Assembly (NCBI GenBank): GCA_028720145.1 | Contig: JAQYLJ010000050.1 | Span: 1 to 61,686 of the forward strand | Length of the DNA: 61,686 nucleotides | Source of the DNA: Clostridia bacterium | GTDB lineage: Bacteria; Bacillota; Clostridia; Oscillospirales; CAG-272 | Direction: 5' to 3' | Shown here: piece after piece, positions 9,394-20,006 of the stretch | How the letters are laid out: every line of letters starts with the position of its first letter | How positions within the stretch are numbered: position 1 is the stretch's first letter | Position numbers and translations under genes: made by a program | Notes under the pieces: model-generated | Told to the model about the DNA's origin: nothing | Seen by the model: only the letters and a program-made list of their open reading frames with translations | The model's database searches: none

Positions 9394-10001
9394 ATTGACT
9401 CCTGAATATAACTGATAATTCTTTCGGCAAAAAGTGCGGCAGCAGCAGAACGATGACTCATTTTGTTCTTTTCATCGAGTGGCATTTCCGCGAAAGTCAT
9501 GCCCTTTTCGGGAATCCAAAACAGAGGGTCATACCCGAATCCGAGGGTGCCGCGGGGGGTATCGATGATTTCCCCCTCACAGGTCCCGCGGACCGTAAAA
9601 CTTCTGCCGTCCGGAAACACACAGGCAATCGCACAGACATAACGCGCGGTCTTATCCTGTTTTCCTTTCAGCTGTTCGAGCAGCATACGGTTATTCCCTT
9701 CATCGTCCCCGTGTCTGCCGCAGAAACGGGCACTGTATATCCCCGGAGCTCCGTCAAGCGCGTCCACCGCCAAGCCCGAATCATCCGCGATGGTGATATA
9801 CCCTCGCGCCGCACCTGCTCTCGCTTTGATGAGAGCGTTCTCTTCAAATGTCGTACCTGTCTCCTCAACATCATCGTCAAAACCGATATCGGAAAAAGAA
9901 AGCAGTTCATACGCCCCGATTTTCTCTTTGAGGGTTTCAAAAATGCGTCGAAACTCGACTAGTTTATTGGCATTATGCGTTGCCAGCAAGAAAGTAGTCA
10001 C
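9387..10001 (-). CDS. rdgB: XTP/dITP diphosphatase (RdgB/HAM1 family)
   Basis: GTG start at 10001 forming a GTGA overlap with the ftsY stop. The protein contains TTFLLATHNANKLVEFRRIF, FGYDPLF and MSHRSAA. Confidence 0.92.
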   Translation of the reverse strand: MTTFLLATHNANKLVEFRRIFETLKEKIGAYELLSFSDIGFDDDVEETGTTFEENALIKARAGAARGYITIADDSGLAVDALDGAPGIYSARFCGRHGDDEGNNRMLLEQLKGKQDKTARYVCAIACVFPDGRSFTVRGTCEGEIIDTPRGTLGFGYDPLFWIPEKGMTFAEMPLDEKNKMSHRSAAAALFAERIISYIQESIC

Positions 10002-10903
10002 TCGAACAAAGCCTCCGCAAATTCCTCGGGATGAAAGGGTTTCATATCGTCAATGCCCTCACCCACTCCGATAAACTTCACCGGAATCCCCAACTGTTTC
10101 TTGATGGTGAGTACAACCCCGCCTTTTGCGGTCCCGTCGAGCTTGGTGAGAATCAGACCCGTAATCTCCGCAGTCTCTCGAAATTCTTTTGCCTGCGAAA
10201 TCCCATTCTGTCCCGTTGTCGCATCGACGACCAAAAGTGTCTCGCGAGAGGCGTCGGGCAGTTCTCTCTCGATCACACGATTGATTTTTGCGAGTTCATC
10301 CATCAGATTCTTCTTATTATGCAATCTGCCCGCGGTATCAATCACCAAAACATCCGCATGACGGCTCTTCGATGCCTGTATCGCGTCATATACCACCGCG
10401 GCGGGGTCTGCGCCTGCGCCCTGTCGAATCAGGTCGACTCCCGCGCGTTCACACCACACCCCAAGCTGTTCTGCCGCTGCAGCGCGGAATGTATCTGCCG
10501 CCGCGACGATGACTTTTTTCTTTTGCGATTTGAGTTCTGCCGCGATTTTTCCTATGGAAGTCGTCTTTCCGACCCCGTTGACACCGATGACGAGAATCAC
10601 CGACGGCGAAGTCTCGAGTTTCAGCGGCACCTCTTCTCCGAGCATCTCGGCGAGCATCCGATAGAGTTCCCGTTTCACGGCTTCCGGGTCTTTTTCGCGA
10701 TTGTCTTTGACCCAGTCGCGGAGACTGTCGAGTAGTTCCTCGGTCGTCTCTACCCCGATGTCCGATTCAATCAACAGTTCTTCGAGTTCCTCAAACAGGT
10801 CCTCGTCGATTTTGACAAAGTGTTTGAAGAGTGCGTCGATTTTGCCGAAAATGGCTTGCTTGGTCTTGGAAAGACCTCTTTTGAGTTTCTCAAAAAATCC
10901 CAT
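9998..10903 (-). CDS. ftsY: signal recognition particle receptor FtsY
   Basis: 301 aa, with P-loop GVNGVGKTTSIGK, DTAGR and TKLDGTAKGG. Confidence 0.95.
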   Translation of the reverse strand: MGFFEKLKRGLSKTKQAIFGKIDALFKHFVKIDEDLFEELEELLIESDIGVETTEELLDSLRDWVKDNREKDPEAVKRELYRMLAEMLGEEVPLKLETSPSVILVIGVNGVGKTTSIGKIAAELKSQKKKVIVAAADTFRAAAAEQLGVWCERAGVDLIRQGAGADPAAVVYDAIQASKSRHADVLVIDTAGRLHNKKNLMDELAKINRVIERELPDASRETLLVVDATTGQNGISQAKEFRETAEITGLILTKLDGTAKGGVVLTIKKQLGIPVKFIGVGEGIDDMKPFHPEEFAEALFE

Positions 10904-10906
10904 GGT

Positions 10907-13900
10907 TTACTCCGTATCCGTGAGTTCGTTCTTTTTTGCTTCGATATCCGCAATATCGACGCCGATAATCTTCGAGATACCGCGCTCCGGCATGGTGACG
11001 CCGTAAAGACGGTCTGCGATCTGCATGGTCCCGCGGCGATGCGAAATCAGAATGAACTGCGTATCGCTGCAAAACAGCTTGATGTATTCCCCGAAACGGA
11101 AGACATTGACTTCATCGAGCGCTGCCTCGACCTCGTCGAGGATACAGAACGGCGTAGGATGGAGTTTCAGAATCGAGAAGAGCAATGCGATTGCCACAAA
11201 CGCCTGTTCACCACCCGAGAGCTGCATCAGATTCCCTATTTTTTTGCCGGGAGGCGCGACTTTAATCTCAATCCCGGAGGTCAGTACATTCTCGGGGTCG
11301 GAAAGGGACAGTTCCGCCGCCCCTCCGCCAAACAGCTCACGGAACACCTGACCGAAGTTCTCGTTGATCTGTTCAAACGAAGTGACAAAAGTATGTGCCA
11401 TTTCGGCTTCCAGTTTCGAGATAATCTCCATCAGATTTTGGTACGAAGAAAGCAAATCCTGATATTGTCCGTTCACTTCATCGAATTTGGCTTTCACTTC
11501 GAGGTAGTCCGTGATGGCGGTGGGAGAATACCCGCCGATATTTCTGAGACGATTATAACAAGATATCGAGGTCTGTCGCATGGCGGCTTCATTTTCGGGC
11601 GTCACGGGCGGATAATTTGCCGCGACGGCATCCTCGTAACTCATCGCGTACTCATCATAGAGTTTCCCGGATAGCCTGTCCTGTTCCGCCGTGATTTGTT
11701 CATAGCGGGTCTGACTTTCGATAAACTCGCGATTGACGCTGGTTTTCTCGTTCTCTTTCTGCTGAATATACTTACCGACTTCGTTGATTTTTTGCGTATA
11801 AAGAGTCGAGCTTTTTTGTAGGTCCTCACGAGACGCTTCGAGTCGTTTCACATCTTCTTTGAGCCGTTTGACCGTCTCGATGTTCTCGGCGTTTTCGCGG
11901 TCGAGTGCCTCAATGGCGGCTCTCTGTCTCGCGACCTCCGCCTCCTGTTCACGCAAATCCTCGACCTGAGAATCCTTTCGACCTGTTGCCGCATCCATCA
12001 TGGTGTGGAGTGCCTCGCGGTCACGCGTGAGTTCGGCTGTGCGGATATCATATTCTTGGACTTTCTTTTGATACGTATCGCGGGTTTCTTCAAGACCGCC
12101 GATATCGGTGGCGACTTTTTCACGGTATGCTTTGATTTCCGCGATTTTTGCGCTGTAAACCTCGCCCTGTTTCTCCGCTGCGGCAATTTCGGTCGTGCTG
12201 ATGTCGCGCATCCCGGCGAGCGATTCTTGGTCAGCGCGGAGCCGTTCAAGCAAACTGTCGTTCGCCGTCATGCGCGCTCTCGCATTGTCGCGCGCGGAAA
12301 TTTGTGCGCGCGATAGAGTCTCGAGGATTTGCTTGTTCTGCGCCGCGTCCTCGATTTTTACCTGTAACTCGGAAATCTTTTCATCGAGTTTCTTTTGATC
12401 TTCCCCGAGTATTTCAATCTTTTCATCGAGGTCTTTTGCTTCTTCATTCAGTTTCGCGATCTCGCCGTTGCGGGAGAGAATACCCGCTCCGTCATTACGG
12501 ATAGAACCGCCGGTCATGGAACCGCCGACATTCATAATCTGCCCATCGAGCGTGACGAGGCGAACTTTATGCCCCAGCGTTTTAGCGGCGGAAATCGCAT
12601 GTTCGATGGTATCGAACACCACGGTACGAAGCAAGAGGAACCCGACGATTCCGCGGAACTTGTCATCACAGGACACGAGTTTATCTGCGCGATTCACATA
12701 GCCCGGCAGTTTCGCCGCCTGTCGAATCTCGTCTGTCTCGCTATAGGGACGCATCGCGCTGATCGGCAGAAATGTCGCGCGTCCCTTTTGGGTGCGTTTC
12801 AGGGTTTCGATTGCCGCTTTCGCAGTCTCCTGCGTATCGGTGACGATGTTCTGCACACTCGACCCGAGCGCCATCTCGATTGCCGTCACATAGGCGGGTT
12901 CAATGGAAATAAGCCGGGAGAGAGGACCATAAATGATGCCCGCACCGCGAATGTTACCCGCTTCATACTCATTCATTACCACTTTGACGGCATGGGGATA
13001 CCCGTCAAGTTGGTCAATCATGCGCTGTAAATCTCGAGCGCGGGAGAGCCGCGTATCACGCTGAATCCGTGCCTCTCCGATCTTTCTGTCGAGATCCGCT
13101 TTCTTTTTCGTGAGTGCGCTCTGCTCTTCCTGTGCATCGCGGATTAGTTTCTCTTGTTCCGCTACCTTTTCTTCATAGGAAGAAAAGGTTTTTTCGCACT
13201 TTTCCGCTTCGGACGCGAGCGTCTCTCCTTCTTTTTCGTATTTCTTGATTTCTTCGGTCAGCGTGGCTTCGCGGTCACGATCACTTGCTTGCGCCTTTTT
13301 CAGCACATCCAAGCGCACCCGTGCATCGGTCGCCTCGGCTTCCATCGCTTCGAGCTGTTTCTGCGTGCCCGCGAGCTCGGATTCAAGTTCTTTCAGGCGC
13401 TGCAAGATACCCGACTCTTCACTGAGCACGCTAAGACGCTCATCGGCGATTTCCGCCCCGATTCTGTCAAGTTCCGATTCCTGCGCTTTATATCCCGCGA
13501 TTTCTTTTTCGGACCGAGCAACTTGTTCTGCCATAGCGAGTTTTCGCCCCTCGCTCTGCGTGATCTGCACATTCGCGTGTCCGATATCCGCTTCGATGAC
13601 ACCCGCGCGGACTTCCAGCTGATGAATCTGCTCTTTGATTTGGTTAATACTCGCGAGTACGCCCTCGCTGTCATACATCGCACCCGATCGCGCTTCTTCG
13701 AGTTCTACCCGCTCCGCATACAGTTTATCCAGTGTCTCCGACAGTGCCGCGAAGTCGTCACGGAGGGTCTCGTAAGTCACCCGTGCGACCGCGACATCTT
13801 CGTGAATCTTTTTGGTATCGTAGAGCCAAAGGGCGACATCGACCGCTTTCTTCTCCTCTTTGATTGCCTCGCCGCGTCTGGCTTTATCCGCCTCTTTTTC

Positions 13901-14521
13901 GAGAGGAATCAACTGCTCTTCATACATGGAAATCTGTAGATGCGTCGTCTCCATGTTGCGATTGGTGGCATCCAGTTTCAGTTCGGCCGCGTGTTTGCGT
14001 TCACGATACTTGGCGATTCCCGCGGCTTCTTCAAAAACCTTTCGCCGTTCATCACTCTTCATGGAGATCATCTCCGCGACTTTCCCCTGTCCGATGATGG
14101 AATATCCGTCCCGTCCGACACCGGTGTTCAAAAAGAGTTCGTGGACGTTTTTTTGGAGGCACGGCTTTTGATTGATGAGGTACTCCGAAGTACCGCTGCG
14201 GAAATACCGCCGCGTAACAGAAACCTCATCATAGGGAGAATCCAAACGATAGTCCGGATCTGTATTGTCAAATACCACAGTCACTTCCGCGTATCCCATC
14301 TGACGCCGTGTTTCCGTGCCGCCGAAGATGACATCTTCCCGATTGGCACTGCGGATATTCTTGCCCTTTGTTTCGCCGAGGACCCAGCGCATCGCGTCCG
14401 AGATATTGGATTTCCCGCTCCCGTTCGGACCTACGATGACCGTCGTACCGGGTTCAAAGTGCATGACCGTACGGTTCGGGAAAGATTTGAAACCGTGGAT
14501 TTCCAAGGATTTCAGAAACAT
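10907..14521 (-). CDS. smc: chromosome segregation protein SMC
   Basis: 1204 aa. The N-terminal Walker A is GPNGSGKSNISDA, followed by long coiled coils. The C-terminus has LSGGEQAF and a Walker B (ILDEVEAALD). An AAGGAGA RBS is present. Confidence 0.97.
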   Translation of the reverse strand: MFLKSLEIHGFKSFPNRTVMHFEPGTTVIVGPNGSGKSNISDAMRWVLGETKGKNIRSANREDVIFGGTETRRQMGYAEVTVVFDNTDPDYRLDSPYDEVSVTRRYFRSGTSEYLINQKPCLQKNVHELFLNTGVGRDGYSIIGQGKVAEMISMKSDERRKVFEEAAGIAKYRERKHAAELKLDATNRNMETTHLQISMYEEQLIPLEKEADKARRGEAIKEEKKAVDVALWLYDTKKIHEDVAVARVTYETLRDDFAALSETLDKLYAERVELEEARSGAMYDSEGVLASINQIKEQIHQLEVRAGVIEADIGHANVQITQSEGRKLAMAEQVARSEKEIAGYKAQESELDRIGAEIADERLSVLSEESGILQRLKELESELAGTQKQLEAMEAEATDARVRLDVLKKAQASDRDREATLTEEIKKYEKEGETLASEAEKCEKTFSSYEEKVAEQEKLIRDAQEEQSALTKKKADLDRKIGEARIQRDTRLSRARDLQRMIDQLDGYPHAVKVVMNEYEAGNIRGAGIIYGPLSRLISIEPAYVTAIEMALGSSVQNIVTDTQETAKAAIETLKRTQKGRATFLPISAMRPYSETDEIRQAAKLPGYVNRADKLVSCDDKFRGIVGFLLLRTVVFDTIEHAISAAKTLGHKVRLVTLDGQIMNVGGSMTGGSIRNDGAGILSRNGEIAKLNEEAKDLDEKIEILGEDQKKLDEKISELQVKIEDAAQNKQILETLSRAQISARDNARARMTANDSLLERLRADQESLAGMRDISTTEIAAAEKQGEVYSAKIAEIKAYREKVATDIGGLEETRDTYQKKVQEYDIRTAELTRDREALHTMMDAATGRKDSQVEDLREQEAEVARQRAAIEALDRENAENIETVKRLKEDVKRLEASREDLQKSSTLYTQKINEVGKYIQQKENEKTSVNREFIESQTRYEQITAEQDRLSGKLYDEYAMSYEDAVAANYPPVTPENEAAMRQTSISCYNRLRNIGGYSPTAITDYLEVKAKFDEVNGQYQDLLSSYQNLMEIISKLEAEMAHTFVTSFEQINENFGQVFRELFGGGAAELSLSDPENVLTSGIEIKVAPPGKKIGNLMQLSGGEQAFVAIALLFSILKLHPTPFCILDEVEAALDEVNVFRFGEYIKLFCSDTQFILISHRRGTMQIADRLYGVTMPERGISKIIGVDIADIEAKKNELTDTE

Positions 14522-14552
14522 TGGTGTTCTCCTTATATTGAACGGCTATCCG

Positions 14553-15257
14553 TCAATTCTCTTTCATCATTCCGAAGAGGACAAGCGCCTCTTTCGCCGC
14601 GTTGTGTTCCGCCTCTTTTTTTGTTTTTCCGTATCCGCGTCCTATGATATTGCGATTGAGTTTCGCCACCACCGAAAAGACGCGATCATGCGCCGGACCG
14701 CTCTCTTTCTCGACTTCATACGAGAGAATATCCTCGCCGTCCCCCTGCACCAGTTGGAGCAGCCGCGTCTTATAGTCGCCTCCTCGGAGGTTCGTGCAAG
14801 ACGCTATTTCGTCGGCAAAGAGTTTGAGCACGATCTCACCGACCGTCTCCCCTCGCTTTTCCGAATCCAGATAAATCGCACCGATCAGCGCTTCGAGAGC
14901 ATCCGACAAGAGGGAGGAGCGATTGCGATGATTCTGTTCCCCCTGTCCGAGCAAGAGATATTCTCCGAGAGAAATACCGGCGGCAACCCGTGCCAGCGTC
15001 TCTTCACAAACCAAATGCTGTCGAAATTCAGAGAGATATCCCTCGTCCGACTCGGGAAATGCTTCATAGAGGTAGGAACTCACGACAGAACCCAGCACGG
15101 CGTCTCCCAAAAATTCGAGTCGTTCCCACGACTCCGCAAGGGGGTCTTTCGCCTTGTTCTCGTTGACATAGGAGGTGTGTGTCAGGGCAGTACGCAGAAG
15201 CAACCCGTTTTTGAAACAATAGCCGATTCGGCTCTCCAAAACATCAAATTCCCGCAT
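14553..15257 (-). CDS. rnc: ribonuclease III
   Basis: The RNase III signature ERLEFLGDAVL plus a C-terminal dsRBD (GPAHDRVF...GYGKTKKEAEHNAA). I prefer the ATG at 15257, 8 nt after AGGAGG, over the listed GTG at 15266. Confidence 0.93.
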   Translation of the reverse strand: MREFDVLESRIGYCFKNGLLLRTALTHTSYVNENKAKDPLAESWERLEFLGDAVLGSVVSSYLYEAFPESDEGYLSEFRQHLVCEETLARVAAGISLGEYLLLGQGEQNHRNRSSLLSDALEALIGAIYLDSEKRGETVGEIVLKLFADEIASCTNLRGGDYKTRLLQLVQGDGEDILSYEVEKESGPAHDRVFSVVAKLNRNIIGRGYGKTKKEAEHNAAKEALVLFGMMKEN

Positions 15258-15270
15258 TGCCCTCACCTCC

Positions 15271-16386
15271 TTACTCTTCGTTCGTCTGTTCGCCCTCCGG
15301 GGCGGGATTTCCGTTTCTCAGTTTCCGCGCTTGTTTTTCCGCGCGTTCCTGCTGTTTTTTCATCTCCGCGCGCGTTTTTGCGCGTATTCTTGCATTCTCT
15401 TCATACCCGAGTGCGTAGATGGCGATATCGCGGTTCAGTCCGCAAGATGCAAAGGAAATCGCCTGTCGAATCGCATTCTTGATGGCAATGGCATCCGAGG
15501 AGCCGTGCGCTTTAATCACAGGCTGTGCGATTCCCAGAATGGGCACTCCGCCGTACTCGCTCGGGTCGAACGCCTTTTTTAAAGCCGATACTTTTTCTTC
15601 AATGGACTTGTACGCGATTTTTGTCCGCATGTTCGTTTGGAAAAGGTCTTTTAAAGTATGCGCGAAAAACGCGCCCAGTCCTTCGGTATATTTCAGAAGA
15701 ACATTCCCCGTGAATCCATCGGTGACAAGCACATCACATACCCCGTTGGGAATCTCTTTCCCTTCAACGTTTCCGACAAAGTTTAAGCCTGAGTCCGAGA
15801 GATACGCATATGCTTCTCTCTGCGTTTCGGTTCCTTTGCCGGGTTCCTCTCCGATATTTAAGAGTCCGACGCGGGGGCGGGTCACACCGAGCACCTTCTC
15901 CATATACTTAGCACCCATGTAGGCGAACTGCTCCATTTGATGCGCGTTGACTTCGATATTCGCACCGCTGTCTATCAAAAGGCAGGGGGTCTCAAACGGC
16001 AAAAGAGCCGGAAAACCCGCACGCAGAATCCCTTTGATTTTTCGTACAATCAGCGTGGATCCCACCACAAGAGCACCCGTATTGCCCGCGGAGACAAAAG
16101 CATCACCTTTTCCGTCAGCGAGCATCCCAAGTCCCATGCTCATGGAAGAATCCTGTTTTTCCTTGACGACCGACAACGGGTCGTCGTTCATGGTTAAGCA
16201 AGAGGGGGCGTGCACAATTTCAATGCCGGTAAGATTAAGACCATCCGTCGCAGCGACCGAACGTATCATCGCTTCGTCACCGACAGCGATGATGTCGGCA
16301 TCATATTCCCTTTTTGCAAGGACCGCGCCGCGTAGGATTTCGCCCGGCGCATGATCACCGCTCATGATATCGAGTAGTATTCTCAC
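15271..16386 (-). CDS. plsX: phosphate acyltransferase PlsX, with a ~40-aa charged C-terminal tail
   Basis: GTG start with an AAGGAAA RBS. The protein begins RILLDIMSGDHAPGEIL and is PlsX-like throughout. The tail reads ENARIRAKTRAEMKKQQERAEKQARKLRNGNPAPEGEQTNEE. Confidence 0.93.
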   Translation of the reverse strand: MRILLDIMSGDHAPGEILRGAVLAKREYDADIIAVGDEAMIRSVAATDGLNLTGIEIVHAPSCLTMNDDPLSVVKEKQDSSMSMGLGMLADGKGDAFVSAGNTGALVVGSTLIVRKIKGILRAGFPALLPFETPCLLIDSGANIEVNAHQMEQFAYMGAKYMEKVLGVTRPRVGLLNIGEEPGKGTETQREAYAYLSDSGLNFVGNVEGKEIPNGVCDVLVTDGFTGNVLLKYTEGLGAFFAHTLKDLFQTNMRTKIAYKSIEEKVSALKKAFDPSEYGGVPILGIAQPVIKAHGSSDAIAIKNAIRQAISFASCGLNRDIAIYALGYEENARIRAKTRAEMKKQQERAEKQARKLRNGNPAPEGEQTNEE

Positions 16387-16398
16387 GGTTTGTTTCCT

Positions 16399-17736
16399 TT
16401 ACAGTGCGTATTTTCCTTTCAGTCGATCGATTTCCGCAAGCGCACGAGCCGCGTAAGCATCGTTTCTCGCCTGCTTCCCTCCCTTGATCTTCTGTGCAAA
16501 GGGTGCGAGCAGTCCGAACCCTGCGTTCATCGGTTGAAACTTCGTATTAGAACCGCTCTTGACATATTGGGCAAGCGCGCCGGTCACAGTGGTGGCATCA
16601 AACGGGATGGGTTCCAGTCCCAGCGCCTGCCGTGCGGCGGAGAGCCCTGCGACGAACCCGGATGCAGTGGACTCGACATATCCCTCGACACCGGTCATCT
16701 GTCCCGCAAAATACAGAGTGGGGCGCATGAGTGTCGCATAGTTGTCTCCGAGAAATCCGGGAGAATGCAGATAGGTATTGCGATGCATCACACCGTAGCG
16801 CGCAAATTCGGCAGATTCCAAACCCGGAATCATGCGAAAGACCCGTCTCTGTTCGGGGAAGGTCAAATGGGTCTGAAAACCCACCATGTTATAGAGTGTC
16901 CCGTCAATATTTTCTTTTCGGAGTTGGAGAATGGCATAGGCGTCTTTCCCCGTATCCGGGAGCGGAAGCCCGACCGGTTTCATCGGACCAAAACGCAGGG
17001 TATCGTACCCGCGCTTCGCCATCACCTCGACCGGCATACACCCTTCAAAGACAGTCAGGTCTTTTTGCGACTCTCGGTCAAACTCTTTGAGGGGCGCGAG
17101 TTCCGCCGTGGTCAGTGCCTCATAAAACGCGCGGTATTCCTCTTCGCTCAAGGGACAGTTCAGATAGTCGTCCCCGTTCCCTTTTCCGTAACGGGAAGCG
17201 AAAAACGCCTTGGAATAATCAATGGAGGACGCTTCGACAATTGGAGCCGCCGCGTCAAAAAAGTGGAGTCCTTCATCACCCGTCAGCCGAACAATCTCCC
17301 GGGCGAGTGCATCGCTCGTCAAGGGTCCTGTCGCAATGACCGTCGGAATATCGTCATTCGGGATCTCCGTTACCTCTTCCTCGCGCACCGTGATGGCGGG
17401 ATGGCTCTTGATTTTTTCGGTCACATAGGAAGAGAAATCCTCGCGATTCACTGCGAGCGCCCCGCCCGCGGGGACCTCGGTCGCATACGCAGCTTCCATA
17501 ATCAAGGAGCCAAGCCGCGAGATTTCCTCTTTGAGAACTCCGACGGCATTGGAGAGTTGTGCGGAACGGAGCGAATTGGAACAGCAGAGTTCTGCAAATG
17601 TGTCGGCATGGTGGGCGGGCGTGTGCTTTTGGGGTTTCATCTCGAAGAGTTCTACTTCCGCCCCCTGCCGCGCCGCCTGCCATGCTGCTTCGCTACCGGC
17701 AAGACCCGCACCGATGACACGAATTTTTGCGAGCAT
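16399..17736 (-). CDS. trmFO: methylenetetrahydrofolate--tRNA-(uracil54-C5)-methyltransferase TrmFO
   Basis: 445 aa, MLAKIRVIGAGLAGSEAAWQAA...AELCCSNSLRS. Its start shares one nt with the topA stop (TAATG). Confidence 0.95.
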   Translation of the reverse strand: MLAKIRVIGAGLAGSEAAWQAARQGAEVELFEMKPQKHTPAHHADTFAELCCSNSLRSAQLSNAVGVLKEEISRLGSLIMEAAYATEVPAGGALAVNREDFSSYVTEKIKSHPAITVREEEVTEIPNDDIPTVIATGPLTSDALAREIVRLTGDEGLHFFDAAAPIVEASSIDYSKAFFASRYGKGNGDDYLNCPLSEEEYRAFYEALTTAELAPLKEFDRESQKDLTVFEGCMPVEVMAKRGYDTLRFGPMKPVGLPLPDTGKDAYAILQLRKENIDGTLYNMVGFQTHLTFPEQRRVFRMIPGLESAEFARYGVMHRNTYLHSPGFLGDNYATLMRPTLYFAGQMTGVEGYVESTASGFVAGLSAARQALGLEPIPFDATTVTGALAQYVKSGSNTKFQPMNAGFGLLAPFAQKIKGGKQARNDAYAARALAEIDRLKGKYAL

Positions 17737-20006
17737 TACTCGATGACCTTCATTTCCGCTTCACGGCTGTATTCACAGTCGGGAGAGGTGCAGACCACCC
17801 GTTTTTTCGACTTTTTATAGACCAGCGTCCCGCCGCAGGTCGGACATTTCTCGGCAACCGGCATATCCCATGTGGAATAGTCGCAATCGGGATAACGCTC
17901 GCAGCTGTAAAACACCTTTCGGTCACGGCTGCGGCGCACGACCACTTTTGCTCCGCACTTGGGACACGGCACGCCGATCTCTTTAATCATCTGCTTTGTG
18001 AATTTGCAGGTCGGATAATTGGAGCAAGCATAAAACTCTCCGTATTTCCCTTGGCGGATCACCATATCCGCGCCGCATACTTCACAGACGAATCCCGCTT
18101 TCTTCGGCGCTTCCGGCGGTTTCTTCTCCTGCGGGTTTCCGTCTTTGTCTACCGCGATCGTATTCCGGCAGGCGGGGAAATTCGGACAGGCAAGGAATCT
18201 CCCGAATTTGCCCGTTTTATAAACCATTTTACTGCCGCATTTTTCACAAATGACATTGGATTCTTCCATTGGTACATTCTCCGGTTTCACTGTACTTTTC
18301 GCTTTTGCAAGCATTTTTTCAAATTCTCCGTAAAAATCGGTGAGCACACCTTGCATGGTGGCGTCTCCCTGCTCGATGCTGTCGAGCTTGCCCTCCAGTT
18401 GCGCGGTGAAACGATCGTCCACGATCTCGGGGAAACTGTCTTTCATTAAGCGCGTGGTCACTTCACCGAGTTTCGTCGGTACGAGATTCTTCCCTACCCG
18501 TTTGACATAGGCGCGTCCGATAATCGTTGTAATGATGGTCGTATAGGTCGAGGGACGTCCGATTCCGCTTTCTTCGAGATAACGAATGATGGTCGCGTCG
18601 TTATAGCGAGAAGGCGGTTCGGTCTCGTGGCGATCGGCGGTCATCTCGGTCGATGTGAGGATATCCCCGACCTTTACGGGCGGGAGTTTGCCGGCAGAGA
18701 GAGACCCATCCGCTTCGATTTCTTCTTTGTCATGGTTATCGTAGATGATGGAGTAACCGCGCGATTTTACGGTGTAACCGCCGATGCGGAATACATATCC
18801 CGCGCAGTCTGCTTCGATTGTGGTGGTGTCATAGACCACAGGCGTCATTTGGGATGCGAGAAACCGCTCCCAAATCAAGCGGTAAAGACGATACTGATCC
18901 GGCGTCAATTTTCCCTTGACGACCTCGGGTGTCAAGGTCATATCGGACGGGCGAATTGCCTCGTGCGCGTCTTGAATGTTATTCTTTGTCCGAAATGTGT
19001 TCGGCTTTTCGGGCACATATGCCTTCCCGTATTCCGCGGTAATGTACGCTCTCGCCGCGCTCGACGCAGAATCCGCGATACGCGTGGAGTCGGTACGCAT
19101 ATAGGTAATCAAGCCTTGTACACCACCGAGTTCGTGTCCGAGAGAAACCCCTTCATAGAGTTCCTGTGCGATGCGCATCGTGTGTTGCGGTTGAAACCCG
19201 AGTTTTTTCGATGCTTCCTGCTGTAAAGTCGAAGTGATGAACGGAGGTGCAGGCTGTCTCTTTTTCTGCGCGGTCTTAACGGTTTTGACTCGAAAAACGC
19301 CGTTTTCGGTTTTGATTAGGACCTCGTTCGCCTCCGATTCGGTCGCGGGACGCATACTGCACTGCGCCGCCAGCCGTTCTCCGTTTTGCGTTTGGAGGAT
19401 GCAGTTCAGCGTCCAGTATTCACGCGGGCAAAACGCACGAATTTCTTCTTCCCGCTCGCAGATGGCGCGGGTCGCGACAGACTGAACGCGTCCGGCGGAA
19501 AGACCGCTCTTTACATTTTTCCAGAGGAACGGGCTGAGCTCATACCCGACAATGCGGTCGAGGATTCTCCGTGCCTGCTGTGAGTTCACAAGTCCCATGT
19601 CGATCGCCCGCGGGTGTTTCACCGCATCTTTGACTGCGGTTTTCGTGATTTCGTTAAAAGTGATGCGGCACGCCTTGTCCGCGGGAATCCCGAGGGTATA
19701 GGCCAAATGCCACGAGATCGCTTCACCTTCGCGATCGGGGTCGGTCGCGAGATATACTTTGGTCGCGTTCTTTGCCTCTTTTTTGAGTTGCGCGATGACA
19801 TCGCCTTTGCCGCGAATGTTGATATATCGCGGTTCAAATCCATGTTCGATATCGACCCCCATTGAACTTTTCGGGAGGTCGCGGATATGCCCTTTTGAAG
19901 CGATGACCTTATAATTCGAGCCGAGGTATCCTTTGATGGTTGCCGCTTTCGCGGGAGATTCTACGATCACTAAATTTGCCATGTGAGGGGTAACGATTCC
20001 TTTCAT
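17736..20006 (-). CDS. topA: DNA topoisomerase I
   Basis: It has a Toprim N-terminus (LVIVESPAKA), the catalytic core, and four C-terminal CxxC...CxxC zinc ribbons. The ATG at 20006 overlaps the dprA stop (ATGA); an alternative start is the ATG at 19982 (MANLVIVESPAKA). The upstream part of the listed 865-aa ORF overlaps dprA. Confidence 0.93.
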   Translation of the reverse strand: MKGIVTPHMANLVIVESPAKAATIKGYLGSNYKVIASKGHIRDLPKSSMGVDIEHGFEPRYINIRGKGDVIAQLKKEAKNATKVYLATDPDREGEAISWHLAYTLGIPADKACRITFNEITKTAVKDAVKHPRAIDMGLVNSQQARRILDRIVGYELSPFLWKNVKSGLSAGRVQSVATRAICEREEEIRAFCPREYWTLNCILQTQNGERLAAQCSMRPATESEANEVLIKTENGVFRVKTVKTAQKKRQPAPPFITSTLQQEASKKLGFQPQHTMRIAQELYEGVSLGHELGGVQGLITYMRTDSTRIADSASSAARAYITAEYGKAYVPEKPNTFRTKNNIQDAHEAIRPSDMTLTPEVVKGKLTPDQYRLYRLIWERFLASQMTPVVYDTTTIEADCAGYVFRIGGYTVKSRGYSIIYDNHDKEEIEADGSLSAGKLPPVKVGDILTSTEMTADRHETEPPSRYNDATIIRYLEESGIGRPSTYTTIITTIIGRAYVKRVGKNLVPTKLGEVTTRLMKDSFPEIVDDRFTAQLEGKLDSIEQGDATMQGVLTDFYGEFEKMLAKAKSTVKPENVPMEESNVICEKCGSKMVYKTGKFGRFLACPNFPACRNTIAVDKDGNPQEKKPPEAPKKAGFVCEVCGADMVIRQGKYGEFYACSNYPTCKFTKQMIKEIGVPCPKCGAKVVVRRSRDRKVFYSCERYPDCDYSTWDMPVAEKCPTCGGTLVYKKSKKRVVCTSPDCEYSREAEMKVIE

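Noticed and set aside
14316-17820. Long + strand ORFs (14316..15482, 388 aa; 16390..17820, 476 aa) opposite rnc/plsX and trmFO.
   Set aside because: These are antisense artefacts typical of GC-rich coding DNA. The minus-strand genes carry clear catalytic motifs and coupled starts and stops.
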